Of a DNA stretch of 64,000 bases, positions 13,622-25,851 are shown piece after piece (the stretch's first letter is position 1; the number at the start of each line of letters is the position of its first letter). Under the pieces are notes generated by a model that made no database searches, was not told the DNA's origin, and saw only the letters and a list, made by a program, of their open reading frames with translations. Source of the DNA: Amoeboaphelidium protococcarum X5 (Eukaryota; Fungi; Aphelidiomycota); the NCBI GenBank assembly GCA_023515725.1, contig JALDTO010000200.1, positions 186,001-250,000 of the forward strand, read 5' to 3'. Both the position numbers and the translations under genes were made by a program.

Positions 13622-13870
13622 CATCGAAGCGCGGTTGGTCGTTCTTCCTTCACACCAAAAGTGTCAGGCAGACAGACTGTTTGTTCCTCTCTATTGTCTT
13701 TGTACACTTCACTCTCCATACTGTACATCATTGCATTGTGAGGTATTGGTGGCTTTCTGATTTTTTATCGCCTTAAAATATATTGCTTTTCTAATTGATT
13801 ATCTTGGAAGACTGCTTGTTTGAATATTAACAGTAGATATACAACGTTGAACACATTGTCGAATAGGAAA

Positions 13871-16714
13871 ATGCTTGTTGGTGAAGATGGTGAAGACCGC
13901 CTTCTGCCTATAAAAAGAGTCAAAAAAGCTGGTGTAGACGATGGATCTGATTTTGAGATTAATTTGAATAACCTTGTCAACTAGGACGACATATGGCTGC
14001 AGCAGTAGAAAGGCCATTTTGTTGTTTTGTATTCCTCACTAAACTGTGACAGCGAGAGTTAGAGATTAAGCACTCAGTTGGCCCACACTTATCTGAGATT
14101 GTAGCTCAACTCTGGCCGGTCCTTCATCGTCCAACAAGTCAAGAATATATGTGCGGCATGTGTTTGGATTGTTGATATTGTGCATGGACGGTATACAGGG
14201 ATGTCTATCAATTAAATTTTGAAAGCATCTTCTACAAGGTATTTAATTGTTAGTTTGAGTGATGAATAGTATTTAAATCATTTGGCACCGTTATGTAGTT
14301 TTGAGCAATTTGGATAGGATGTTGGAGATATTGCCTAGTCTGACGCAATATAATCGGAAGAGGAAAAGGTAAAGATAAGTTCTAGTCTGGAGCGTATAAA
14401 GGTGGATTATAATGCCTGTCAGTTTGCTCTGAACGTTCTCAAGTAATGGTTCCACATATTTCTAAATTTCAATGTTAATTCATCCTAGCCAGAGAAGGTA
14501 CCTTTATTCGCTCGGAATGTATTCTAGTTTACTTGGACTTTGATATTGTACACTAAGCTGTCCCTGGTTAAAGATCAGGTGAACTCTGAGAATATAGCTT
14601 ATCTGATACTCTGCTGCTTCAGGTTCGTCTGCAATAGCATCCCACTTGACTTTATATCTACTCTGGAAAGAGGTAAGAACTAAACGCAAAGTGCATAGGC
14701 TCTGTATAGTATCTGTAATCTTCTTTAATGTAGTTTAACAGTATGATAATCAATTCGGTGATTTTGACTCATAGTGCAGGTGGACGTAGTTTGAGCCGCA
14801 AGTGTTGGCGATATTGGCCAAATAATTGAATGTTAGTTACAGCGATGTCAAGCAGTAAGAGTCAGCCTTTATTCAGTTGCTCCATAATGATTTTGTCAGC
14901 AGTAAAGTTTGGTAATATGAGACTATTGTTACTCATCAGGACACTAGAGGAAAGTATTTATTCAAACTCATCTCATTTATTGAATAGAACAAGTTTTTGC
15001 TTAATCTGGACGCTTTGTCTAGACAGTACGAGATGTTTTTTCGTTTAACTAGTGGATAGTTTGATGGATTAATGTGGTTGCAGTCGAGTGGCACTGATGG
15101 GCAAAAGCCATAGATTAATGCTCCGCAGAAACTTGCCACACCTGCAGTAATTTCTAAGAGGGAAGCTCCAAGGTGTCTAAAGTCCAAACTTGCTCATGCC
15201 AGCGCGTTGGAGATGTCTATGCTCTCCACTCCTCTGACTGCTAGACACATGAAAGTGAAGACTGGCGATACCATTGAGAATTCTTGTATTTTGTAAAGAT
15301 TCTCATAGATGCAAGTAATCTATGCTAAAAACAATGAGCATGGACTTCCTTTAGATTTTTATCGTCTATTACCATCAGAGTACTCCCATCGAGTATCTGC
15401 GTTGTACAATGACGTTATATAGTAGATCACTTTGGCTGATGTATAAAATGAGCCTTAGTGGAAATTGTCTGTTACGATTAGTTTTTACGTTTTGGATTCT
15501 ATTATGCTTGCTGAACGGGCCAAGAGCGGCAAGATTGTGAATTTTTAGAGTCTTCTGCACAATGCAGACTGGCTCAAATCCATAATGGCTTGTTCATTAG
15601 AGACTGTGAGATTCATAAAGAGTATTTCATCGCTAACGCTGCAGCATATAATTAAGTCTTTGAAACTTTAACCGTACAGCCTTTGCATTGGTATTGAATA
15701 CTTTATACGGTACAGTACAAAAATGCTTAATTGGAACGTGATTAAACATTTCAAGACACTGGAAGAGCGTATTTTGGAGCAAGAGTTGTGGTAACATGAG
15801 TAGCCGTTGTATAATGAATTGCAAGCTGAGCTGAGGCATACGACTTCTTCCGTGTCACCACTTACTTCTCCGCGAAAGGCTCTGTAGTTTATTGTGGAGA
15901 AGCCTAAAGAGCACCAAGATTAAAGCGAATCATCTACATCAGCTCACTCTGTCTCGCCTTTGGAACTTATTCATCGCAAATTGTTTCGACTTATAGACAC
16001 TAGGCTTTATGCTCTATGTGCTGAGTTGAAGATTACGGATAATTTGATCAAGAAGATGTGGTCTGTCTGCGCTGAAGTTGTTCTGCGAGAATACGAGTGG
16101 CGGCTTTTGTTTAAACGCCACGTAGACTTGATTGTTATGTGCAGCATCTTTGGGGTGCTGAGAGCAACGAAATCCTCTACTCGTATGCAAGAAGTGTCAT
16201 TTAGCAAGATTATTGAAGTGTACACGAAGCAGCCGCAATTTTCGACTCGTGCATACTGTGAAGTGTATCTCAATGGGAAATCAACTAATATTGTGGAATT
16301 CTACAATATAATGTTCAGAGAGACTCTCAAAGAGATAATGGGCAAGTTCATGGTGGATGATTCGGCTAATCATCATCCTCAACCTTTAATGTCTCCACGG
16401 AGAAGTCAAAGTTCGTTACCGAGATCGTTTACTGCATAGTAATCACCGCTTGATCTTCTCAGTCCGCGGTCTAAACGTTTATCGTGTGATCCGAGAGAAG
16501 CCTTGGTAAGATTTACGTATGTGATGATGATGACATGCATCAACTATTTATTTGAATTGTGGTGTAGGCATTCAAGTAAGCTGGTGTATAGGACAATGCA
16601 ATCTGCTCTTCTGAAGTGAAGAAGCCTCGGAAGCTTCATTTCTCTAAATCTGGTCTCTCTAAATCTGCAAACACCTTTATCCATCAGAAAGAGCAACATC
16701 AGCGAAAAATATGA
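13871..16714 (+). CDS. RB1: Retinoblastoma-family pocket protein (introns 14239-14298, 16506-16567)
   Basis: Pocket A (LLHNADWLKSIMACSLETV...VIKHFKTLEERILEQELW), pocket B (RLYALCAEL...LFKRHVDLIVMCSIFGV...YTKQPQ...NIVEFYNIMF), several SP/TP sites, C-terminal KPRKLHF. Confidence 0.9.
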
Positions 16715-17258
16715 TTCTTTTAGCGTTTATTAAAGTAAAAGTATATTTTATAATGCGGATTACGTTGCGTCGATGTCGTAAGCTTAGTGATGGCTGTCAC
16801 CACATGTGACGGTAATATTATTATTAATTATCTACAGCAAAGAGCTGTGTATGCTTCGATTACGGACATTGAATCAGTCAGTTTAACGTATTCTGTCACT
16901 TTTCAAATTCGAATAGGTAACGTACAGTAATTTCATGAATGACACTTCGCGCTATTCTTTGGTTATTTATTCGCTCTATGCTTGTAAGTAAAAATATCCC
17001 ATGTTACACCAATATTGTGATTTAAACTTTGTTGCACCAACTTTGTGACCGCGTCCCACTGAAGAGCTGTGATTAGACAGTCGATGTTTCAACTGCGATA
17101 TGATTAGACAATGCTGGTCACAATCGTGATAGACCCATGCTACATCGTTGTTCTGTTGTGTAAAATTGGTATAAAATTATACAGGTATCCCCTTCTGTCT
17201 TTTCCACCCTTTTCTGGTAATCTATAACAATTGAAAATCCAATTTTATCCTGAATAAA

Positions 17259-18302
17259 ATGAAAATCCAATATCTACCAATTATATCTTGTCTGTCTCTG
17301 GTGTTATCAATGCCTTTTCCTGGTCAGATTGATCTGGTAAAGCGCCAGTCTCGCCCTGTTTCAAAAATTACCCCAGAATATGTGGATCATAACGGCCTGT
17401 TATTGCCTTATGAACAGTTGGCAAAAAAAGGTTTGTCACGTACTGAAGCTGATACACTGCAATACGAAGAATGGGCGAATCAGGCAACGTTTGACGGTGA
17501 ATCGTTTATCCGGCCAGACGGTACGTATATGGATGAAGCGGCAATAAGACGCGTGGTCGATATGGCAGGCAAAACTCCGGAGGAAGCGGACAGAATTGTC
17601 AAGGAAATTGCAGCTGGTACGTATGACCCGATGAGAGTTGAAAGTAACCCAGATTATTATTCTCCTCCTCGGTAATGGGATTAAGCTGAAACTGCTCCGC
17701 CAAGCGATGCGCAAAAATCAGCTCCTCCACCCAATGACGCGCCAGCATAAGCTCCATCACCCAATGCCTAAGAAGCCTAAGCTCCTTCAACTGCTGCTGG
17801 TACTGAATCTCTGGAAAGCCAAGTCCAAGAGAACGGTGGCTCTTCTGGTGACTTAACGCTATAGTAATAGCCTGCAGACGCGTTGCCTGGTACTGGAAAT
17901 CCTCAGGCTGAGTAAGCTGGAGCCCTTGGAAATGTTGCAGGTAATCAGAATGTACAATCACAGATTTCGCCTGCAGTGTCTGATGTACCAACTCTGCCAG
18001 ATACGCGTAAGTACTAGTAGGAAGCTGGCACTAGTTAATCACCACTAGTTGCTTCTGCTGTTCCAAGTCCTGCCTAGCCTACAGCTCCAAAGCCTGTTGT
18101 AGCACCTTAACCAGTGGCGCCTGCTGTGCCGAGGCCCACCGCTCCGAATCCTGCTGTTCCTGTTAAACAACCTGCCGCACCTCCTGCTCCAAAGCCAGCA
18201 CCTGCTCCCAAGCCTGCTCCAAAGCCTGCCCCAAAGCCATCTGCATCCGCACAAAAACCAAAATCTTCCGCTTCAAAACCAACTTCGTCTGGTCAAAAAT
18301 GA
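17259..18302 (+). CDS. Secreted Pro/Ala-rich protein, paralog 1 (~347 aa)
   Basis: Signal peptide MKIQYLPIISCLSLVLS, LVKR|Q Kex2-like site, ~110-aa domain, low-complexity tail ending in PAPK repeats; ORFs 17259 and 18114 share a frame joined by TAR=Gln. Confidence 0.85.
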
Positions 18303-20332
18303 TTTCGCCATTGTATGGACACTATCGCATCTTTAAATATACCTCCGTGAATAAATATGGTAAATAATTATATGTGAATTATGATTTAATATTCAGGACA
18401 TTTCTAATTTTTGTATTGCCAGAAATGTTCATTATTACAACCATATTACATTCTGCATCTGCACTTGATGTTAGGGACTAAGTGGAATAGACTTCGCGTT
18501 TCTATTGGAAGTCGAATCTAAATCATCCAAGGCAAAACATAACCACCGTCGCCTTTATGGTCCTCATTTGTTGCATAGTTAATTGATTATACGCGTTACT
18601 AAATGAAGAGTGTGGTGCTGTTATGCTTGGTGTTATACCTCAATGAGAAAGAGAAGACCATCATCAAGATCAGCAGTGCTCGTCCTATCTTAAGAGGCTT
18701 CCCTAACTACAGTAGATTGTTGTACTACTATTCAGACTGCACGGTGTGAAAAATCTCAATTTTCAACAGCAATAATATTTAAAGACAAGTGAACCAAAAA
18801 CTATAATAAAGTGCGCTACTGACATGTTACAGATCATGCTATTTAACTTATAGAGACTACGCGCTTCGCTGCCAACGTTACACCGACTCTGTGGCTATTG
18901 ATATTAGAAAAAAACTCTTTGAGACTTTAAACAAACAGAAGTGACTGTAAAATAGGCATCTTTTATTCTAGTAGTAAAGGCGTGATAACCAAACATTCAC
19001 TTTGAAGATCAACTACTGAGCTTAGAGGCTGATCACAGTCTTGTGCAACACAAACAGCGAAAGTCGTGGTTGAATAGTCGCCTAGTCTCGCGCTAACATC
19101 ACTTTGTGATTGCACTCATAGTATCTAGCATCAAACTGAAGCTGAGTATCAACGAGCTTATTCATCAAGTGTTTTATCTTGATAAAGCTAACAAGTGGTA
19201 TGCAATTATGGTATCCCATTGATAAACACTCGGTCGCCCCAAGCCTTTGTCCGTAATGAAGGTTAGTTGTTTCAAGTGCCCTCAAAGTAATTTTTTTGTG
19301 AATAAACTCGATCAATAAGACGTTCATATATAATAATTTGCGACAATGTTGCAGTTTCTATGCCCGTACGCAGAATTTAATGATGAGGCATTTTTCTATT
19401 GACGGATTGACTTAAAGTCCGCAATGTTAGAAAGGTTTTTACAGCACAGCCATATATTAAAAGCCCACGCGACAATACGGTGACATATTCTCGATTACCT
19501 ATTGTTTTATACGCTGGATACTATCAAGAAGGATCAAATACCATCACACGCACCTAGTATGTATTGAATAATCGAGCATAAAGTTTAGTGCAATTGCACG
19601 CCACTGGAGGCCATCATTGTACCGGTAAAATTAAACGCAACCTCGTGGGTAAATGAGAGTTCCAAAAGTTATTTGCAATGACAAATAATGGCTGATTGTG
19701 AATTCAGAATTTGCAATGGAGTGTTGTACTTAATCTACACTAACAGGTTGCTCTTTATTAAACGCTTGCTTTAGCTACTGCAGCCGGGACGCGGTGGTCT
19801 AATTGCAGCATCGCTTCGATCATGTGTCGTATCAATTGTGTTTAATTAAGCTTCATAACTAGTGTCTGCCATTTCTAAAACATCGCACCTCGTTTAACGT
19901 TATTGTCATGCGTTGTTTAATTGGTTGAGTCGAAAGCTTGGCGTTAAACTTTTGTCATAACTTGATTTCTATAATGATAAGTTGGTGTCACCAAGATTCG
20001 TGAACACACTGTCTATTGAATGTGGACGTGGATTAGTCAAAAGCCTAAACACGACCCTTTTGTCACACCCTGTGTTATGTTCTGACCAGTTTGTGTCATC
20101 AAATTGTTCAAAAGCACCTATCAGATCCTGCGCTTTTGGAATGGTATAACCCAGACGATGACTTACAAGACCACCAGGATACACAACAGCACAAAAAGAA
20201 TAAAATGATAGATGCAGTATTCTACTTTCTTCTCTTTCTACCTTACAACCAACATAACTTTTTTTTGTAATCTGTGGTCTATCTGTATTAATTAAATATC
20301 CAAGTCTGATCCTGAACTGAATATCAACAACA

Positions 20333-22036
20333 ATGAAAATCCAATATCTATTAATCGCAACCTGTCTATCTATGGCGTTATCGATGCCTTTCCCTGAAGG
20401 ACCGAGTCTGGTAAAGCGTCAAGGCCTTATTCCTTCCACTGAGAGCAAGCCCGAATATTTTGATGGTGATGGAGTGCTATTACCTGGTCGTGATTTGGCG
20501 TAAAAGGGCCTGAGGGTGGACGAAATACGAAATCTGTAATAAAGTGAAAAATTGCGAAGGGAAGATCCTACGACTGATCCGTTTGCCAAACCAGACGGTT
20601 CGAAGATGAGTGAACAGGGAGTAAAGCGTGTGATGACGGACGTTCTTGGCAGATCCCCAGAAGAAGCTGATAATGTTGTAAAGGACTAGGCAGCGGGTAC
20701 GTTTGACGTGAACAAACTTCGCGATGTCGTTGACAGCACCAATAAGTATGAATCCTCTTCTGCAAATTAGGAGGCTTCTCCTTCTCCTGCTCCTGGCCCT
20801 GAGGCTGCGCCTGCACCTGCTCCAGAAGCTGCACCTTCTCCTGCTCCTGAGGCAGCTCCAGGTCCTGCTCCTGAAGCTTCTCCTGCTCCTGGCCCTGAAG
20901 CTGCACCTGCTCCTGGCCCTGAGGCTGCGCCTGCACCTGCTCCTGAGGCTGCTCCAGCTCCTGCTCCTGAAGCTTCTCCTGCTCCTGCTCCTGGCCCTGA
21001 AGCTGCACCTGCTCCTGGCCCTGAGGCTGCGCCTGCACCTGCTCCTGAGGCTGCTCCAGCTCCTGCTCCTGAAGCTTCTCCTGCTCCTGCTCCTGGCCCT
21101 GAAGCTGCACCTGCTCCTGGCCCTGAGGCTGCGCCTGCACCTGCTCCAGAAGCTGCACCTTCTCCAGCTCCTGCTCCAGAAGCGGCTCCCGCTCCACCAA
21201 CTGCTGGTGAGTAGCCAGCTTCTGTTGCCGCTCCAACTGCTAGTTAGTAGCCAGCTGCGCAAACTGGCCAATCCGCAGAATAGTAATAAGCTGCTCGATC
21301 TGCTGGATAGTAGTAAGCTGGTCAAGCTGCTTAATAACAATAAGCTGCTCAAATTGGTCAATCTGCTGGCTAATAGTAAGCTGGTCAAACGGGTCAAGCT
21401 TCTGGATAGTAGGGAGCGGGTCAAACTGCTTAATAGCAATAAGCTGCTCCAGGTGCTGGATAATAGTAAGCTGGTTAAGCTTCTGGATAGTAGGTAGCTG
21501 GTCAAGCTGCTTAATAGCAATAAGCTGCTCCAGGTGCTGATGCGACTTCTCAGTCAGCATAAAGCCCCTAAAGAGGAAGGTAAATCGTAAGTGGCAGGCA
21601 GGGTATGGAGTCTAATCCTGCAGCTCCAAGAGCAGGGGCTCCAATAGTGAGTGGCAGGCAGGGTATGGAATCTAATCCTGGTGTACCGAGAGGAGGGACT
21701 CCAATCGTAAGTGGTAATCAGGGTATGTAAGGTTAAAAATCTGATGCTGCACCGCCAAATGCGGGAGGACGAGATACTAATGCCTAAAGACGCCCAATGA
21801 CAGGTTAGGGAGCAGCTGGGCCTTAAGTGAGTAATAAGGCCGGCTCAACTGGAACAGGTCCAGATAAGCCTGCTGGTGTTCCTGCTTAACCTAAATAAGC
21901 TGCTGCTAAGCCTGCTGGTGGTCCTGCACAGCCTAAATAAGCTGCTGCTAAGCCTGCTTAACCTAAACAAGCTGCGGCCAAACCGTCTGGAGGTGCTGGA
22001 GGTGGCGGTGGTGCAAAGGGAGCTAGTAAAAAATGA
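20333..22036 (+). CDS. Secreted Pro/Ala/Glu- and Gln-repeat protein, paralog 2 (~567 aa)
   Basis: MKIQYLLIATCLSMALSMPFP...LVKR|Q; N-domain homologous to paralog 1 (PEY-D, LA-KGL, F-[RK]PDG, PEEAD--V---AAGT[FY]D); TGA 22034-22036. Correct frame is absent from the ORF track. Confidence 0.85.
20770..21200 (+). repeat. Coding minisatellite encoding PAPEAAP/PGPEAAP; higher-order unit ~102 bp
   Basis: gaagcttctcctgctcctgctcctggccctgaagctgcacct recurs at ~20969 and ~21071, with nested shorter subunits. Confidence 0.9.
21280..21540 (+). repeat. Coding Gln-rich repeat (QQQAGQAAQQQQAA), Gln mostly TAA/TAG
   Basis: Recurrent tagtaagctggtcaagctgcttaatagcaataagctgctc-like units. Confidence 0.8.
21585..21730 (+). 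repeat. Coding 60-bp tandem repeat (IVSGRQGMESNP), ~2.5 copies
   Basis: gtggcaggcagggtatggagtctaatcctg-like unit recurs at 60-bp spacing. Confidence 0.75.
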
Positions 22037-22261
22037 TCTCTCTACTGAATGGACATTGCAGAGTCTGCAATTTATCTAATGAAGTTAATGTAAACAATAA
22101 TGATGGGAAATATAATGAATTTTATTAATAATTTTTAGTTTTTCTGAATATAGCGAAATATGTTCTACAGTACAAAAGTAGCCCCACGCACAAAAACAAC
22201 TTGGAATAGGTGTCAGCGATAGTAGCAAAATAAAATATATAATTCAAACCAGAGAAAATTC

Positions 22262-22658
22262 TCACTCATCACCATCTTGCAAAGTTGACAACTACCGCAT
22301 CATGGCAATACTATCGCCCTTTAGCATAATTCGACCAAGTGGATTACGCGTTTTCAACTTCTCATGCACCTCCACGGCATCGTCCAGCACCAGATTCATA
22401 AACTCATCAAATCCCTACAATAAAGACATACATGAAAATATCTAGGTAAGGAATAAATCAAGTAGAATAACGCGTAAAGCTTACAATAATGATGCCCTCA
22501 ATCGTCAAATTATACTGATCCATGAGCCAGATGGAAACTGGCGCCCTCGATGTGAGATAGGAGAATATACGATTAATAGGCTAGATCATTGGCTTAGACT
22601 TTGGTGGTGCATCCAGCGACTATTACGGCTATTAAAACTTGTCTTATTACAATGTCAT
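22262..22658 (-). CDS. SME1: Small nuclear ribonucleoprotein E (intron 22415-22484)
   Basis: MIQPINRIF (Q=TAG)...IEGIII|[16 protein letters not shown]...[11 protein letters not shown]. Confidence 0.93.
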
Positions 22659-22837
22659 TTCACAACCTCTAAATCAAAATGATGAGCCTTAGTACAAATA
22701 TTATAAATCAAGATTGATGAATGATTGTCACGTTCAAGAAAGCGATAAAAGTTAGAGAAAACTCTCGATAGGCGCCGGCTGTATGAAAGCAGCACTACAA
22801 TATACAATGTACATTCATTCTGAAGTGAATTCAAGTA

Positions 22838-24268
22838 TCATAATTCAATATTAAACACTTCTTTCAAGATGTCTTCCATGCTCTGTTGTGAGCCAGAGTC
22901 TTTACCGTCTCCTGAATCTTACGAAGACGACGGTGTTTCATGAGAACCATCTTATTATGATTCCCCCGATACAGAATCTTCTTCACCGTCACCATTGAAT
23001 AGTGACTGAAAATCAGCCGAGTCAAATTTCTTCATCAGGAACTTGATCTGACCATCCTGCTCTTGATTTTATCCACCAACATTCTTCTTAAATTCTTATG
23101 GCAACATTTTCTACAATAACTCTTGCAAAGACAGTTGGGCCATCTTCTATTTACCTTTATTAGCCTACTTATTGCCTTAATAAGATGCTTTCTATTGGCT
23201 CTGCTCTTTTGATCGTTACAATTACTACTGTTACTTTTAAAATTCCTCCACTGCTTTCAATTTCTAGTCATACTCATCGTCAGATAGAACCAACTAACAA
23301 TTAATCTAATTAACAACATTCTCGTCCTGAGGTACAAACTCTGCCAGCTAGCACAGCTCAGGCACGTAGATATTTAATGAATACACGCAGGTGGACAGCT
23401 CCTTCACCGAACTAAAGCGTCGCACACCTGTCGTGGAGCAGTAGAAGAACACATCCACCTTCCTCTACTTTCCAATCACGTCACACATGGAACCTCCGCT
23501 AATCTTAAATAATACACCTCTAGCATTAGTCCGTGGATGTCGCACCAATTACATGTTATTATTATTATTATTATTGTTACTGATGCGCTCAGGATTGATG
23601 GGAGCATATCGACCGAGGTAATAATCATACACAATCTATGGAGTTGCCAGCACCCTCTACAGTTAAACACCTCCTCCTTGTTATTGCTACTAGTGTTATT
23701 ATATTGGCTAACCATTAGTATCTAATTGAGGAACCAATTTCTAATGATACTAGCGGAGATAATTCAAATGACAATACTCATACGTCCACCAGCCATCCAC
23801 TGATATGAGACAACTCTTCTTCAATGGCTCTATAGCACTGACTGCTCGGTTCAGGAGGCTACCTTCATCCAGCTGTTAACTCTATTTATCATTATCACCA
23901 TTATCATCGTCTAACTAATTGCGATCGTTAATCAGCAGTGGGAAGACACATCGATACTTTTAACCATCTGGTGACTGAAGAACAATCTACTCTGAAGTAC
24001 TCACTTATTAAAACTACGGCAATTCCCCCTGTTATTCTTTTTGACGCAACTATTACTCTTGCTGCTGAATTGCTTATTACTCTATATCAGCCGTAAGAAT
24101 AGACTCTGATATAATCTCATCCATCTTCATCTCATACTTTGGCATTGAGAAGGCATCCTCAAACACATCCAACTTTCGAAATACATCCCTCTTTCCGCGA
24201 ATAAGACTCGCATATACAGCAATAATAAATAGAATAAAAAACGTTTTATTCACTTGAATCATAATCAT
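22838..24268 (-). CDS. YOS9: OS-9/Yos9 ER lectin (MRH domain)
   Basis: Signal peptide; KSCLISVDGWWTYEYCHLNYLRQYH; GGSMCDVIGKQRKVDVFFYC...VKELSTCVYSLNIYVPELC; ends NIEL-TGA. Confidence 0.85.
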
Positions 24269-24415
24269 AAAGACACTACAATAATATAGCTAGGCTTTGC
24301 CAGCAATACAGTAACAATGATCAGTTACAGTAGAGGGGAAAAAAAGACGAAGCGGATCGGGCCAGTCTGCGCCGCTGTTGAATCGCCCTTTATTCCTTCA
24401 TTCATTTCATTCTAA

Positions 24416-24420
<5 letters not shown>

Positions 24421-24452
<32 letters not shown>
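24421..24452 (+). repeat. (CT)16 microsatellite in the divergent YOS9/IWS1 promoter region
   Basis: Direct observation; shorter GA/CT tracts also lie upstream of COX20, SCD6 and VPS1. Confidence 0.9.
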
Positions 24453-24458
<6 letters not shown>

Positions 24459-24502
24459 TCGCCCTCGTGTCTAGTTCAAAATTCAATTGAAATAATAACA
24501 AA

Positions 24503-25822
24503 ATGAGTGACTTGGATTATTAGTAGTAGTAGTAGTAGTAAATTATTGGGTAAGAAGAGTAGGTGGACTTGGAGAGGAATCGCTTAGAGGAAGAGCTATT
24601 TGGTGGGACGGACACGGATTCTGATTTATCCGAGTTGGATGAAGATTTGGGTAGTTTTGAAATGGAAGAGCCAGTAGAGGAGGAGAAGAATGTCACAGAT
24701 GGTTAATATTAGAATGAATTAGAGTAGAAATAAGATGATGACTTTCAGGATTAAGCTGAGGAAGATGAAGATGAAGAGTACCAAGTGAGATAGAGTGCAT
24801 CCAGTCTCGCCAAGGTCAGGAAGAAGATTGTGTAGGATGGTCCTCTGCTGGATGCCAAGAGAAAAAAGGCTCGTCGAGGATCATCTACTCAAGGTTAGTA
24901 GTAATCATCTTAGAAGGCTGCTAAATCTAGAGGCCGTATCGAGGGAGGGGATGGCGATGATGACGAGGATGTGAATGGTTCTGTATCCCGTCAGATTAAT
25001 AATGAGTACATTGAAGAATTTGATCAGGTGGTGAATTCATTTAAAAGCACTAATAGGCGGAGATTTGCGCAAGATGACATTGGTGAGGACACTGATGCCG
25101 ACGAATTGATATCACAAGTATGTTAAGCTATGAGAGACGCTGCAGAACAAGATATAGAGAGTAATTAGAACAAGTAGCCCGCTGTTGAGAAATTAAAGTT
25201 GCTGCCTATTGTTCAAGACTTGCTGAGTAAGACGTTCCTTTATGAGCAGATTTTGGACCATGAAATGCTTGAATGTCTCAGAATTTGGTTGGAACCATTG
25301 CCAGACGGATCGCTGCCTAATTATAAGATTAAGAAGAGCATTTTTGATATTTTGGTCAAGTTGCCGGTTAGTACAGATTAGGTGCGAGATAGTAAAATTG
25401 GAAGAATTGTTGCATTCTATGCCAAGAACGACAAGGAGTTGGTGGATATTAAAAAGTGCGCTATGGATCTTATATTTACTTGGAGTCGCCCTTTGGTTAT
25501 GAAGAATGGAAATCATGGTGGTGCTGGTTCACAATCTCAATAATCATTATTGCAAAGAAGATCATCCGGTGGTGGCGGAGGTGCTAATGGCTAGGACGGG
25601 AGATTGATGGCGGATGATCTGGTGACTAGACGAGTTTTCGCACAGATTCCAGTTGCGAATAGATCAGCGTACACTGTCGTACCTCGATCGGCTGTGAATG
25701 ATGGAATGGTTATAACAGGTCCTGGGTCTAGGCAAGGCGATGGTGCTAATGGCGGCAAAGTGGGAACATCAACGCTGGCCAAAAGATTGCTGAAATAATC
25801 AGGTGGTGGAAGTAGGCGCTGA
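24503..25822 (+). CDS. IWS1: Transcription factor IWS1/Spn1
   Basis: Acidic N-terminus; PAVEKLKLLP...LRIWLEPLPDGSLPNYKIK...DSKIGRIV...WSRP. Confidence 0.92.
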
Positions 25823-25851
25823 TATAATGAAATCGGACATTGTATAGCTTT

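Noticed and set aside
18360-20300. Short ORFs (19082..19327, 19969..20184, ~18468..18749) as genes or transposon relics
   Set aside because: No recognisable motif, terminal repeat or consistent gene structure; cannot support a call without a search.
20480-21560. Long Leu-rich, Gln/Glu-rich and Arg/Ser-rich ORFs in the track
   Set aside because: Shadow frames of the coding repeat; the real frame is 20333..22036 with a signal peptide and a paralog.
20770-21730. CRISPR-like array
   Set aside because: No unique spacers; in-frame coding tandem repeats in a eukaryotic gene.
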